Source of the DNA: a virus
DNA: 29,854 bases
IMG/VR virus record: IMGVR_UViG_3300001278_000003
Span: 1 to 29,854 of that record
Strand: one strand, 5' to 3'
Positions 7,654 through 14,310 of the stretch are shown here, piece after piece (positions within the stretch are counted from its first letter, which is position 1; every line of letters begins with the position of its first letter). The translations under genes were made by a program, and so were the position numbers. The notes below the pieces were generated by a model. The model made no database searches. It was not told where the DNA came from and worked only from the letters and a program-made list of their open reading frames with translations.

Positions 7654-8964
7654 CTATGCTTTTGTAGTTAATTTTTCAACTAAAGTTTTATTCTTCTTTG
7701 CTTTTCCTTTTTCCTCCTGTAGCGCCACAAATTCAGGGCTTGAAATCTGCCCTTTAAGCGTTGTAATTTCAGCTAATAAAGTAGCCTTATCTTTATCGCT
7801 TTGCTTTTTAAGTTGTGAAGCCATAATCTTAAAACCTTCGGCTAACTGTTCGCTTACACTAGCTTCTACTTCTTCCGCTGGCGCTGGGTCTGTGCTTTCT
7901 GCTGGTTCCACTACAGCTTCTTTAATTTTTACAATAACGCCCGAAGCGTCCGTAACAATTCTTCTGCCATCGTTTAACATATATTCCCCCGCCCCTACTG
8001 GGTAAGTTTCCGTTTCGTATTCATACTCTACTACATCGCCTTCCGCAAATGAAGTATTTACTACTTCCGTACTCCACGACATAATTTCCCTAACTTCTGT
8101 AGCTTGCGCGTCTACGTCGTCTGCTGGCGCGTCGTCTGCTGGCGCTTCTTCTTCGGGTATAATTTCACTTATAGCCCCATCCACAAAAACTACGCTCGCG
8201 TTTTCTAACTGTGGCATAATATAAGTTCCGTCGGGCACTGCCGTTTCGCCTATATATCCTTTATCGCCTACGGCTGGCGTAGCCCCTTCTTCTAAGTCTT
8301 TAAAGTTGATAGTTTCGCCATTACTATCTTGTAATTCTAAAGCGTTAACTTCATCCCCAAAAACGGAAGAAATAGCGCCCATAATTAAAGAACTTAATTT
8401 TTTGTTTTTACCACTCATTTCGATAATTTTTTTATCATTAATTAATAATTCACTTGTACTTACTGCTAAAATTTCTTCTTTTATTCCCGTAGCAAAACCT
8501 AAGCTTTTAGCCCTTTCGCCACTTAAATACGTTTCATCTTCTAACAAAGACTTAACCGTATCTACATCTATGTCTATTTTTTCAGAATAAAATGTAGCGA
8601 AATCTTCTTCTAAATCCTTAAGCTTATCCGCTACCGCTTGTATTTTTTCGCTGGTCCCTTGAACTTTAGCCCAAGCAAAATGCACCATTAAAGCCTTATC
8701 TACATCTTCTACTATCCTTTCTTCCCCTACTAAGAATATTTTAGAAGCTATAGAATACGCCTTAGTAGCATACGTATTTACTTGAACTGGCAAACCGTCT
8801 AAAAAATCATATATAGCATTTCCCACCTCAACACTACCGCCTATACTATTTATATTTACATCTACTAATTCGGGGTCTTCTACAGCTTTATACTGGGCTA
8901 TTACATCCGTTAAAACCGTATCTTCGCCTATTTTACCCGAAATAAATATTTTCGCCTTATTCAT
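7654..8964 (-). CDS. ClpP-like (S14/S49) prohead protease fused to an acidic scaffold-like C-terminal region.
   Basis: The N-terminal ~190 aa carry ClpP-type motifs (NINSIGGSVEVGNAIYDFL, catalytic-Ser context TKAYSIASKIFLVGE, His context LMVHFAW). The C-terminal ~240 aa are acidic, with a PADDAPADD duplication and a coiled-coil end. Confidence 0.85.
   Translation of the reverse strand: MNKAKIFISGKIGEDTVLTDVIAQYKAVEDPELVDVNINSIGGSVEVGNAIYDFLDGLPVQVNTYATKAYSIASKIFLVGEERIVEDVDKALMVHFAWAKVQGTSEKIQAVADKLKDLEEDFATFYSEKIDIDVDTVKSLLEDETYLSGERAKSLGFATGIKEEILAVSTSELLINDKKIIEMSGKNKKLSSLIMGAISSVFGDEVNALELQDSNGETINFKDLEEGATPAVGDKGYIGETAVPDGTYIMPQLENASVVFVDGAISEIIPEEEAPADDAPADDVDAQATEVREIMSWSTEVVNTSFAEGDVVEYEYETETYPVGAGEYMLNDGRRIVTDASGVIVKIKEAVVEPAESTDPAPAEEVEASVSEQLAEGFKIMASQLKKQSDKDKATLLAEITTLKGQISSPEFVALQEEKGKAKKNKTLVEKLTTKA
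8116..8145. repeat. Perfect 15-bp tandem duplication inside the scaffold region.
   Basis: gtcgtctgctggcgc occurs twice in a row, encoding the in-frame PADDA/PADDA duplication. Confidence 0.9.
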
Positions 8965-9099
8965 ATACTAAAATCAATTTGATACACAAATATATATAAA
9001 ATAAAACTTTTTTTATTTTTTTCTTCTTTTTACTTGCTTATTTGTTTTACTTTGTTTTACTTTGTTTTACTTTAAAAGAATAACCATTAAAACTATATT
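8965..9099. promoter_or_regulatory. Divergent intergenic control region between the late (minus) and early (plus) arms.
   Basis: 135 nt, very AT-rich, and the only long non-coding stretch between divergent genes. It contains an ATCAA-T-TTGAT palindrome (8973..8983) and the 10-mer array. Confidence 0.6.
9041..9073 (+). repeat. Three perfect tandem copies of TTTGTTTTAC plus a partial fourth (TTT).
   Basis: Read directly at 9041-9050, 9051-9060 and 9061-9070. The 10-bp phasing equals one helical turn, and each unit carries TTTG. Confidence 0.9.
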
Positions 9100-9444
9100 A
9101 TGTTTAACGAAGAAGAATTTTTAAAAAAAATCAAAACTACCGACCTTAAAAGTATGTTTAACTTTACCATACTGGAAGACGGCGAAACAGGATTAGAAGC
9201 TACACACTTCGAAGTAATACCTAACGTATTCTTAGAATTTAGCGTACTATACCTATCTAGTAGAACCTACTTTAGACCAGCCACAAGACTACAACCCGAA
9301 GAAGATTCTTACGAATTCACTATATTAACAATAGACTACGATAGCGTTTTAATCTACGAAAAACTAGAAGGCGTTTCTTTAGTTTCCGAATGTGAAGACC
9401 ACATCTACGACGAAGTAAAAAATTTAATCGAAAACCAATTATAA
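9100..9444 (+). CDS. First early gene; small, strongly acidic protein (DNA-mimic/anti-restriction candidate).
   Basis: 114 aa. By my count it has about 24 D/E against 9 K/R. It is the first ORF after the divergent control region. Confidence 0.65.
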   Translation: MFNEEEFLKKIKTTDLKSMFNFTILEDGETGLEATHFEVIPNVFLEFSVLYLSSRTYFRPATRLQPEEDSYEFTILTIDYDSVLIYEKLEGVSLVSECEDHIYDEVKNLIENQL

Positions 9445-9445
9445 A

Positions 9446-9733
9446 ATGAAAAACCAATTAAAAACATTTAAAAGCCTTCCCGAATTTCTAAGCATGGAAG
9501 ACGTAGAAAAAATTAAACTATCCGAACTAAAGGCTATAGGACACGCTTACCATAATGCCTTCGGAAGAATTCTTAAACCTAAAAACTTTAAACATATAAC
9601 TATTCAGTTTAAACACGGCGAAAGTTTAAAATACAACGTACTATATAATAATAAACTTATAGGCGTTATCCGTTACGAAATAATCGGTAACAAAATAATT
9701 TTACAAACCATTAAAAAAAAATCAAATGCCTAA
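9446..9733 (+). CDS. Hypothetical early protein.
   Basis: 95-aa ORF starting 2 nt after the previous stop. No motif recognised. Confidence 0.6.
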   Translation: MKNQLKTFKSLPEFLSMEDVEKIKLSELKAIGHAYHNAFGRILKPKNFKHITIQFKHGESLKYNVLYNNKLIGVIRYEIIGNKIILQTIKKKSNA

Positions 9734-9872
9734 AGTAATTTTTAACTTCAAAATTGATAAAACAGAAAAGAAAACCTATGTAGAACTGTGCGAAGAAAAC
9801 GGCTTAAGCCACGCGCAAGAACTTAGGAACTTCGTAAAAAGTAGAATTAAAAAATTATCTAATGAAAAATAG
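9726..9872 (+). CDS. Small ribbon-helix-helix (CopG/Arc-like) DNA-binding protein; not in the supplied ORF track.
   Basis: Manual translation: MPKVIFNFKIDKTEKKTYVELCEENGLSHAQELRNFVKSRIKKLSNEK (48 aa). This fits a beta strand (VIFNFKI), helix, G-L-S turn, helix pattern. The ATG overlaps the upstream stop (ATGCCTAA), and the ORF fills an otherwise empty gap. Confidence 0.6.
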   Translation: MPKVIFNFKIDKTEKKTYVELCEENGLSHAQELRNFVKSRIKKLSNEK

Positions 9873-9996
9873 AGCGCAAAGAAAATTAGCCGAAATACAA
9901 AAGTTTGATGAATGGCTAAGAAACAAAGTTAAAAACGTACATACATCTAACGACGCTATTATGTACGAAGCTTATTGTAGAATAGAACCTAAATAA
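9862..9996 (+). CDS. Small hypothetical protein (44 aa); not in the supplied ORF track.
   Basis: MKNRAQRKLAEIQKFDEWLRNKVKNVHTSNDAIMYEAYCRIEPK. The ATG lies inside the end of the RHH gene, and the stop is 5 nt before the next ATG. Confidence 0.45.
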   Translation: MKNRAQRKLAEIQKFDEWLRNKVKNVHTSNDAIMYEAYCRIEPK

Positions 9997-10001
9997 AAAT
10001 T

Positions 10002-10187
10002 ATGACATCAAAATTAACAATTTACTTTAACGAAATAGAAGCATCTATTTCTAAATCTTGCGACGTTGAAAAATTAGCGCCAAAAGGCTACACCTTAGAA
10101 GAATTTCATTGTAATTCTTTAGGTATTATAGAACAATTTACAGCCGTTTTTAAAAACGAAAACTACAAGCCAAATGAAACCACCTAA
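10002..10187 (+). CDS. Hypothetical early protein.
   Basis: 61-aa ORF, operon-packed, overlapping the next gene by 14 nt. Confidence 0.5.
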   Translation: MTSKLTIYFNEIEASISKSCDVEKLAPKGYTLEEFHCNSLGIIEQFTAVFKNENYKPNETT

Positions 10188-10584
10188 ACAAATTATAGAC
10201 TGCCACAACTGTAAAGAACCTTTTAAAAGATTTAGCACTACACAAAAATATTGTAGTCCCAAATGTAAAATAGAAGCTGGCGCAGTTACCAAAATAAAAC
10301 CACGAAGCGAAAAACGCGCTAAGGAAGAAAGTATATACATTCAGCTAAGAAAAGCTTTTCTAAATAAAGAAGAAAATAGATTCTGCCCCGTTATGCTTCA
10401 CTTAAAAAAAGGACTACACAGGACCACAGAAGTACACCATACAAAAGGAAGGATAGCAAATCTTTTGCTAGATACTAAATACTGGTTAGCACTAAGCCAC
10501 GAAGGTCATAAATGGGTACACGACAACCCTTCTAAATCTTATGAATTAGGATTCTTAATTAGTTCCAGTTCTAAAACCTTATAA
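10174..10584 (+). CDS. NinG/Rap-like recombination endonuclease (HNH-related).
   Basis: The N-terminal CHNCKEPFKRFSTTQKYCSPKC parallels the lambda NinG C-x2-C...W/Y-C-S-P-x-C signature. This is followed by a basic linker (KPRSEKRAKEE) and a His-rich core (EVHHTKGR ... SHEGHKWVH). Confidence 0.6.
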   Translation: MKPPKQIIDCHNCKEPFKRFSTTQKYCSPKCKIEAGAVTKIKPRSEKRAKEESIYIQLRKAFLNKEENRFCPVMLHLKKGLHRTTEVHHTKGRIANLLLDTKYWLALSHEGHKWVHDNPSKSYELGFLISSSSKTL

Positions 10585-10587
10585 AAT

Positions 10588-10785
10588 ATGGAAGCAGAAT
10601 TAAGCATAACTTTTATATCTAGTCATTACGGAAAAACCCCACAGCAACAGGCGGACTTATACAAGCCTAACGGATTTATTTTAACTACTATGTTTCAAGA
10701 TAGCAGAAACCCTCAAAAGTTTAAAGCTATTTATAAGTGTGCTACCTACAGCCCTTCTAAACAATTTTTACTAAACCAAAATTAA
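10588..10785 (+). CDS. Hypothetical early protein.
   Basis: 65-aa ORF, operon-packed. Confidence 0.5.
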   Translation: MEAELSITFISSHYGKTPQQQADLYKPNGFILTTMFQDSRNPQKFKAIYKCATYSPSKQFLLNQN

Positions 10786-10789
10786 TACA

Positions 10790-11173
10790 ATGAAAAAATT
10801 ACATTTAAACCTACACCGTATTTGGTTCGAAAAAATCCAAATAGGACAAAAAACAGAAGAATATAGGGAAATATCTCCTTATTGGTGCAATATTCTTTTA
10901 GAGTTTACAGACAAAAAAATAAAAGGTCTACAAGCTTTTAAAGCCCTTTTTTCAATATTTGAAGACGAATCTTCCGAAGCAATAATAGATATGCTTAAAA
11001 AAGGAATTATTCGACAAAAATCTTACCATCGCGTTATATTTTCTAATGGGTACAAAAAAGATCGCCCGCAATTTGAATGTGAATTTAAAAGCCTATCGCT
11101 TAACTATGGCTTACCTAACTGGGGTGCTGAAATAGGAAAACTTTACTTTGTAATCTTTATAGAAAAAATATGA
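10790..11173 (+). CDS. ASCH-domain-like protein.
   Basis: The N-terminus LHLNLHRIWFEKIQIGQKTEEYREISPYW matches the ASCH opening pattern (beta strand plus G-x-K-x-x-E-x-R). A later HRVIFSNGY segment also fits. Confidence 0.5.
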   Translation: MKKLHLNLHRIWFEKIQIGQKTEEYREISPYWCNILLEFTDKKIKGLQAFKALFSIFEDESSEAIIDMLKKGIIRQKSYHRVIFSNGYKKDRPQFECEFKSLSLNYGLPNWGAEIGKLYFVIFIEKI

Positions 11174-11676
11174 CTTGTACAATAAACACAGACGCTTCTT
11201 TTCATCCCGAATACAAAGTAGGCGCTTACGCTTTTTGGTCCGTATCTAGTTCGTTTAAGATTCAAAAGGCGGGTTTCCTTAGAACACTTTGTAAAAGCCC
11301 CGACGAAGCAGAATTAAAATGTTTACTTAACGCTATCCAGCACACACTTAAGCACGATAATAGTATTAAAAAAATATATATTAATACAGATTCCAAAAAC
11401 TCTATAGCTATACTAACAAACGACAGGGACCATATAAATAAATACGGTTTGCATTGGGGTAAAGAATATAGAAAGCTTTTTTCTAAATACATTTCCCAGT
11501 ATGAAAACAAGGTCCCAGTTAAGTACAGAAAAAAAATAGAATTAGACTTTAGGCACGTAAAAGCGCATACTGGAATAAATGATAAAAGAAGCTACGTTAA
11601 CGAATGGTGCGATAAAAACGCAAAGTTTTTTCTTTGGCGAAGAATACACCAGCTTAAACTTGTAAGCAATGGTTAA
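11170..11676 (+). CDS. RNase H-like nuclease (RNase HI fold).
   Basis: The DEDD(H) motifs appear in order: INTDAS, DEAELKCLLNA, YINTDSKNSI, HVKAHTG, NEWCDKNAK. Confidence 0.8.
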   Translation: MTCTINTDASFHPEYKVGAYAFWSVSSSFKIQKAGFLRTLCKSPDEAELKCLLNAIQHTLKHDNSIKKIYINTDSKNSIAILTNDRDHINKYGLHWGKEYRKLFSKYISQYENKVPVKYRKKIELDFRHVKAHTGINDKRSYVNEWCDKNAKFFLWRRIHQLKLVSNG

Positions 11677-11824
11677 AGCGCCTATTAAAGTTCTTTGCGA
11701 TAAATGCAGAAGCGGACAATTTTTAGACCCCAATAAGCCCCGACCTAAAGGGGCTTACTTCGAAACGTGTAACAACTGTAAAGAAAAAATACTATTTATA
11801 GTTAATGATAAAACCTACACTTAA
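11669..11824 (+). CDS. Small zinc-ribbon protein (51 aa); not in the supplied ORF track.
   Basis: MVKAPIKVLCDKCRSGQFLDPNKPRPKGAYFETCNNCKEKILFIVNDKTYT, with two CxxC pairs. The ATG overlaps the RNase H stop region. Confidence 0.5.
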   Translation: MVKAPIKVLCDKCRSGQFLDPNKPRPKGAYFETCNNCKEKILFIVNDKTYT

Positions 11825-11895
11825 TCGAACACTTATTAAATTATTTTTTTATATCATTCTTTTTGTTCAATTTTGAACAAATATTATTAAAATCT
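11824..11895 (+). repeat. Intergenic cassette R1 upstream of the annealing-protein gene (candidate promoter/operator with a stem-loop).
   Basis: Shares ATCGAACAC plus a 49-bp identical block (11838..11886 = 12589..12637) with R2. Contains the palindrome TTGTTCA-ATTT-TGAACAA at 11863..11880. Confidence 0.85.
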
Positions 11896-11911
11896 TTAAA
11901 TAAAAAAAACT

Positions 11912-12571
11912 ATGTCTTATTTATCACAAAAAGAAATCGACAACACTTTAGAAACCTTCTTACCAAAAAACGTACTTAAGGAAATATCTAAAAAAACCCC
12001 TACTAAGTTTATAAAAACTAAGGAAGACGGCGCAGAAAAATATAAGTACGTAGAAGGAATAAAAGTTAAGCAAACACTTAACAAGCTTTTTTCTTATGGC
12101 TGGAAGTTTAAAGTACTTAACGAATTCCAAACAGCTACGGAAGTTATAGTACGCGGTAAGCTTTCCATTCTAGGAACTAACGGAATTTGGCTACATAGGG
12201 AGCAATACGGAAGCAAAGAAAGCACAGGAAAACCTTACACCCAAAACGGAAGGACCAACTACCACCACAACAACTTAGGAAGCGCTTACAAGTCCGCTTC
12301 TACCGACTGTCTAAAAAAGTGTGCTTCCGAATACGGTTTATTTTGGGACGTTTACAGGGACCAAAAAGAAGCCAAAACTAAAACCCCTTTACTTTCTACC
12401 GAAGAAATGGAACACGGCGAAAAGGCTATTAACGAAAAGCTTAACCACTTCTTAAGCCAAGCTAAAAACGTTTCCGAATTACTTTCTACATTCGAAGACT
12501 TCAAAGAAGGCGCGGAACCTACACCAATCAACTACGAATCTTTAATAAAACACGTAGGTAGATTTAAGTAG
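11912..12571 (+). CDS. Rad52/Sak-family single-strand annealing protein.
   Basis: YVEGIKVKQTLNKLFSYGWKFKV ... VRGKLSI ... LGSAYKSASTDCLKKCASEYGLFWDVY matches the Rad52/22 family core (the K-x-A-x-S/T-D-x-x-K-R/K-x-A ... G-L-G/F part). Confidence 0.75.
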   Translation: MSYLSQKEIDNTLETFLPKNVLKEISKKTPTKFIKTKEDGAEKYKYVEGIKVKQTLNKLFSYGWKFKVLNEFQTATEVIVRGKLSILGTNGIWLHREQYGSKESTGKPYTQNGRTNYHHNNLGSAYKSASTDCLKKCASEYGLFWDVYRDQKEAKTKTPLLSTEEMEHGEKAINEKLNHFLSQAKNVSELLSTFEDFKEGAEPTPINYESLIKHVGRFK

Positions 12572-12574
12572 TTT

Positions 12575-12664
12575 ATCGAACACCTAGCAAATTATTTTTT
12601 TATATCATTCTTTTTGTTCAATTTTGAACAAATATTACAATTTTGAACAAATATTAAAATCTAT
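12575..12664 (+). repeat. Intergenic cassette R2 downstream of the annealing-protein gene, with an internal 19-bp duplication.
   Basis: Same block as R1, with the palindrome at 12614..12631. CAATTTTGAACAAATATTA is duplicated in tandem (12619..12637 and 12638..12656). GAACAAATATTA recurs at 12680..12691, inside the next gene. Confidence 0.85.
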
Positions 12665-12667
12665 ATT

Positions 12668-12871
12668 ATGAAATTAGACGAACAAATATTAATCCTTACC
12701 GAAGAAGTTTCGAATTCCGAATGGGCTATAAACTACCACGAAAGGAAGTTAGAAGAATCTTACGCCGAAAAAAATAACTGGGCTATATCTTACCATTCCC
12801 GCAAACTAAATACGGCTAGGGTATTATTTACCGCATTATCAAACGAAATCAATAACTTAAATAAACAATAG
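12668..12871 (+). CDS. Small helical protein with an internal 19-aa repeat, lying between the annealing protein and the exonuclease.
   Basis: 67 aa. EWAINYHERKL and NWAISYHSRKL are 19 residues apart, and the underlying TGGGCTATA repeats at 12722 and 12779. Confidence 0.6.
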   Translation: MKLDEQILILTEEVSNSEWAINYHERKLEESYAEKNNWAISYHSRKLNTARVLFTALSNEINNLNKQ

Positions 12872-12872
12872 T

Positions 12873-13733
12873 ATGAAAACTTTTAAAACACCAGTATCAA
12901 AAATTATTTTTAGCGCTTCCCAAATAGGTAAGCTTATGGCTGGAATAACCAAAACAGAATTAACCGATATTCAAAAAGCCAAAGTAATAACCTTAGAAGC
13001 TAAAAAGAAAACCAAAGGCTTAACAGATAAGCAAAGCGAAGAATTAGATAAGTACTACAAAAAGCTAAATGCTAAACCCGAACTTTCGCAAGGTGGTAAA
13101 ACCTACGTTAAGACCGTATGGCTTAAGAACGAAAAAGGATTCTACGAAGATATACAAACCAAATACACCCGAAAAGGAAACCAAGCCGAAGACGATTCTA
13201 TAAAGCTTATTTCTTTAGTAGATAATGTTATGTATAGTAAGAATACCGAACGTATCACTAAAGGACATCTTACGGGCGAATGTGACATAAATAAGTTTCA
13301 TAAGCCTATACAAAAAAGAATAGTAGACGACGCTAAATCTAGCTTTACGCCTTTAACTTTTATGAATTCAGATTTTAGCACACTTTACGAATGGCAAGGG
13401 CGTGCCTATATGCACCTATACGAAGCCGACATATTCCGCTTAAGATACTGCTTAGTAGACTGCCCGCCCGAAGTTTTAATAGACGAACTTAAAAAATATT
13501 GCTGGCTACATAATATTTTCATACAGGAAGACGGCAACTACTTAGAACAGGACCAGCCAAAAATAGACCAGTTCTACGCTAATTATATCTATTCTAACAA
13601 CCCCGACTATACTTTAGAAGAAAGGATTAAAACCTACGCTATAGAAAGGGACTTAGACAAAGAAAAACAAATGCTGGAAGCTATAGAATTAGCTGTAGAA
13701 TTCTACCAAACCATAACCCTAAATATGAAATAA
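12873..13733 (+). CDS. YqaJ/lambda-exonuclease-like PD-(D/E)XK recombination exonuclease.
   Basis: GNQAEDDSIKLIS, LTGECDI and IVDDAKSSF match the G-x3-E ... D ... (D/E)-x-K arrangement. The gene sits next to the annealing-protein gene. Confidence 0.65.
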   Translation: MKTFKTPVSKIIFSASQIGKLMAGITKTELTDIQKAKVITLEAKKKTKGLTDKQSEELDKYYKKLNAKPELSQGGKTYVKTVWLKNEKGFYEDIQTKYTRKGNQAEDDSIKLISLVDNVMYSKNTERITKGHLTGECDINKFHKPIQKRIVDDAKSSFTPLTFMNSDFSTLYEWQGRAYMHLYEADIFRLRYCLVDCPPEVLIDELKKYCWLHNIFIQEDGNYLEQDQPKIDQFYANYIYSNNPDYTLEERIKTYAIERDLDKEKQMLEAIELAVEFYQTITLNMK

Positions 13734-14284
13734 TGAATAACGCCTATACTTGTTGTAAAATTATCCGCGAAATTGTAGAAGATAGTAACCCAGTACTTAA
13801 GGACCTATCCGAAAGAGGACGCGAAAACAGAAAACCCGAAATACGTTTTATGTATTTTTATTTCTGTAGGAAATATATACCTAGCGCTTCGCTGGCTACC
13901 ATAGGTTCGGTAGCTGGCGACTACGACCACGCCACCGTACTACACGGAGTTAAGCAAATGGAAAACTTTTTAGAATACAACGGCTTACACTATGTAGAAT
14001 ATTTCGAGCAAATGGAAAAGATAATCCAGCATTTAGATTTTTCTTCCGATTTAAAACCGCTTAGGCAGTTCCAAAGCAAAGGCGAAATAATAGACCGATA
14101 TTTAAGACTAACCACCAAATACCGCACTACTATTTCTAGCCTAGTTATAAAGCTTTCAGCTAGTAGAAAAAAGAACCATCTACATGAAGAAATTATAAAG
14201 AAGCTTAATTCTAAAATAGAAGAAAATAATTCGGAAATATCCTTACTAAAAAACTCTATTTACAATTTAGAAAATAATTACTAA
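13733..14284 (+). CDS. DnaA domain IV-like DNA-binding protein (candidate replication initiator/organiser).
   Basis: RFMYFYFCRKYIPSASLATIGSVAGDYDHATVLHGVKQMENFL matches the Bac_DnaA_C pattern (R-x-x-a-m-Y-L ... IG ... dHsTV-x-h). The C-terminal half is coiled-coil. Confidence 0.65.
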   Translation: MNNAYTCCKIIREIVEDSNPVLKDLSERGRENRKPEIRFMYFYFCRKYIPSASLATIGSVAGDYDHATVLHGVKQMENFLEYNGLHYVEYFEQMEKIIQHLDFSSDLKPLRQFQSKGEIIDRYLRLTTKYRTTISSLVIKLSASRKKNHLHEEIIKKLNSKIEENNSEISLLKNSIYNLENNY

Positions 14285-14286
14285 CT

Positions 14287-14304
14287 TTGTTCAAAATTAA
14301 ACAA
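14287..14304 (+). promoter_or_regulatory. Near-palindromic site TTGTTCA-AAAT-TAAACAA just upstream of the HTH gene.
   Basis: Same half-site and N4 spacing as the R palindrome with one mismatch. It ends 7 nt before ATG 14311. Confidence 0.4.
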
Positions 14305-14310
14305 AATAAA

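Noticed and set aside
5553-8590. Plus-strand ORFs 5553..5891, 6663..6869 and 8306..8590.
   Set aside because: They are shadow ORFs inside well-supported minus-strand genes (the 212-aa protein, capsid and protease/scaffold).
11824-12664. The R1/R2 repeats as a mini CRISPR array or as att/IS ends.
   Set aside because: There are only two copies, separated by a full 660-nt gene, with no cas, transposase or integrase gene and no target-site duplication pattern.
13755-13775. DnaA-box-like words (TTATCCGCG at about 13761, CATCCACAA at about 8170).
   Set aside because: These are single 7/9 matches inside coding sequence with no clustering, which is not enough to call an origin.
14287-14310. TTG start at 14287 for the HTH gene, as listed in the ORF track.
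   Set aside because: The TTG is part of the palindrome-like site, and the extension (MFKIKQNK) is AT-rich leader sequence. ATG 14311 is the more plausible start.
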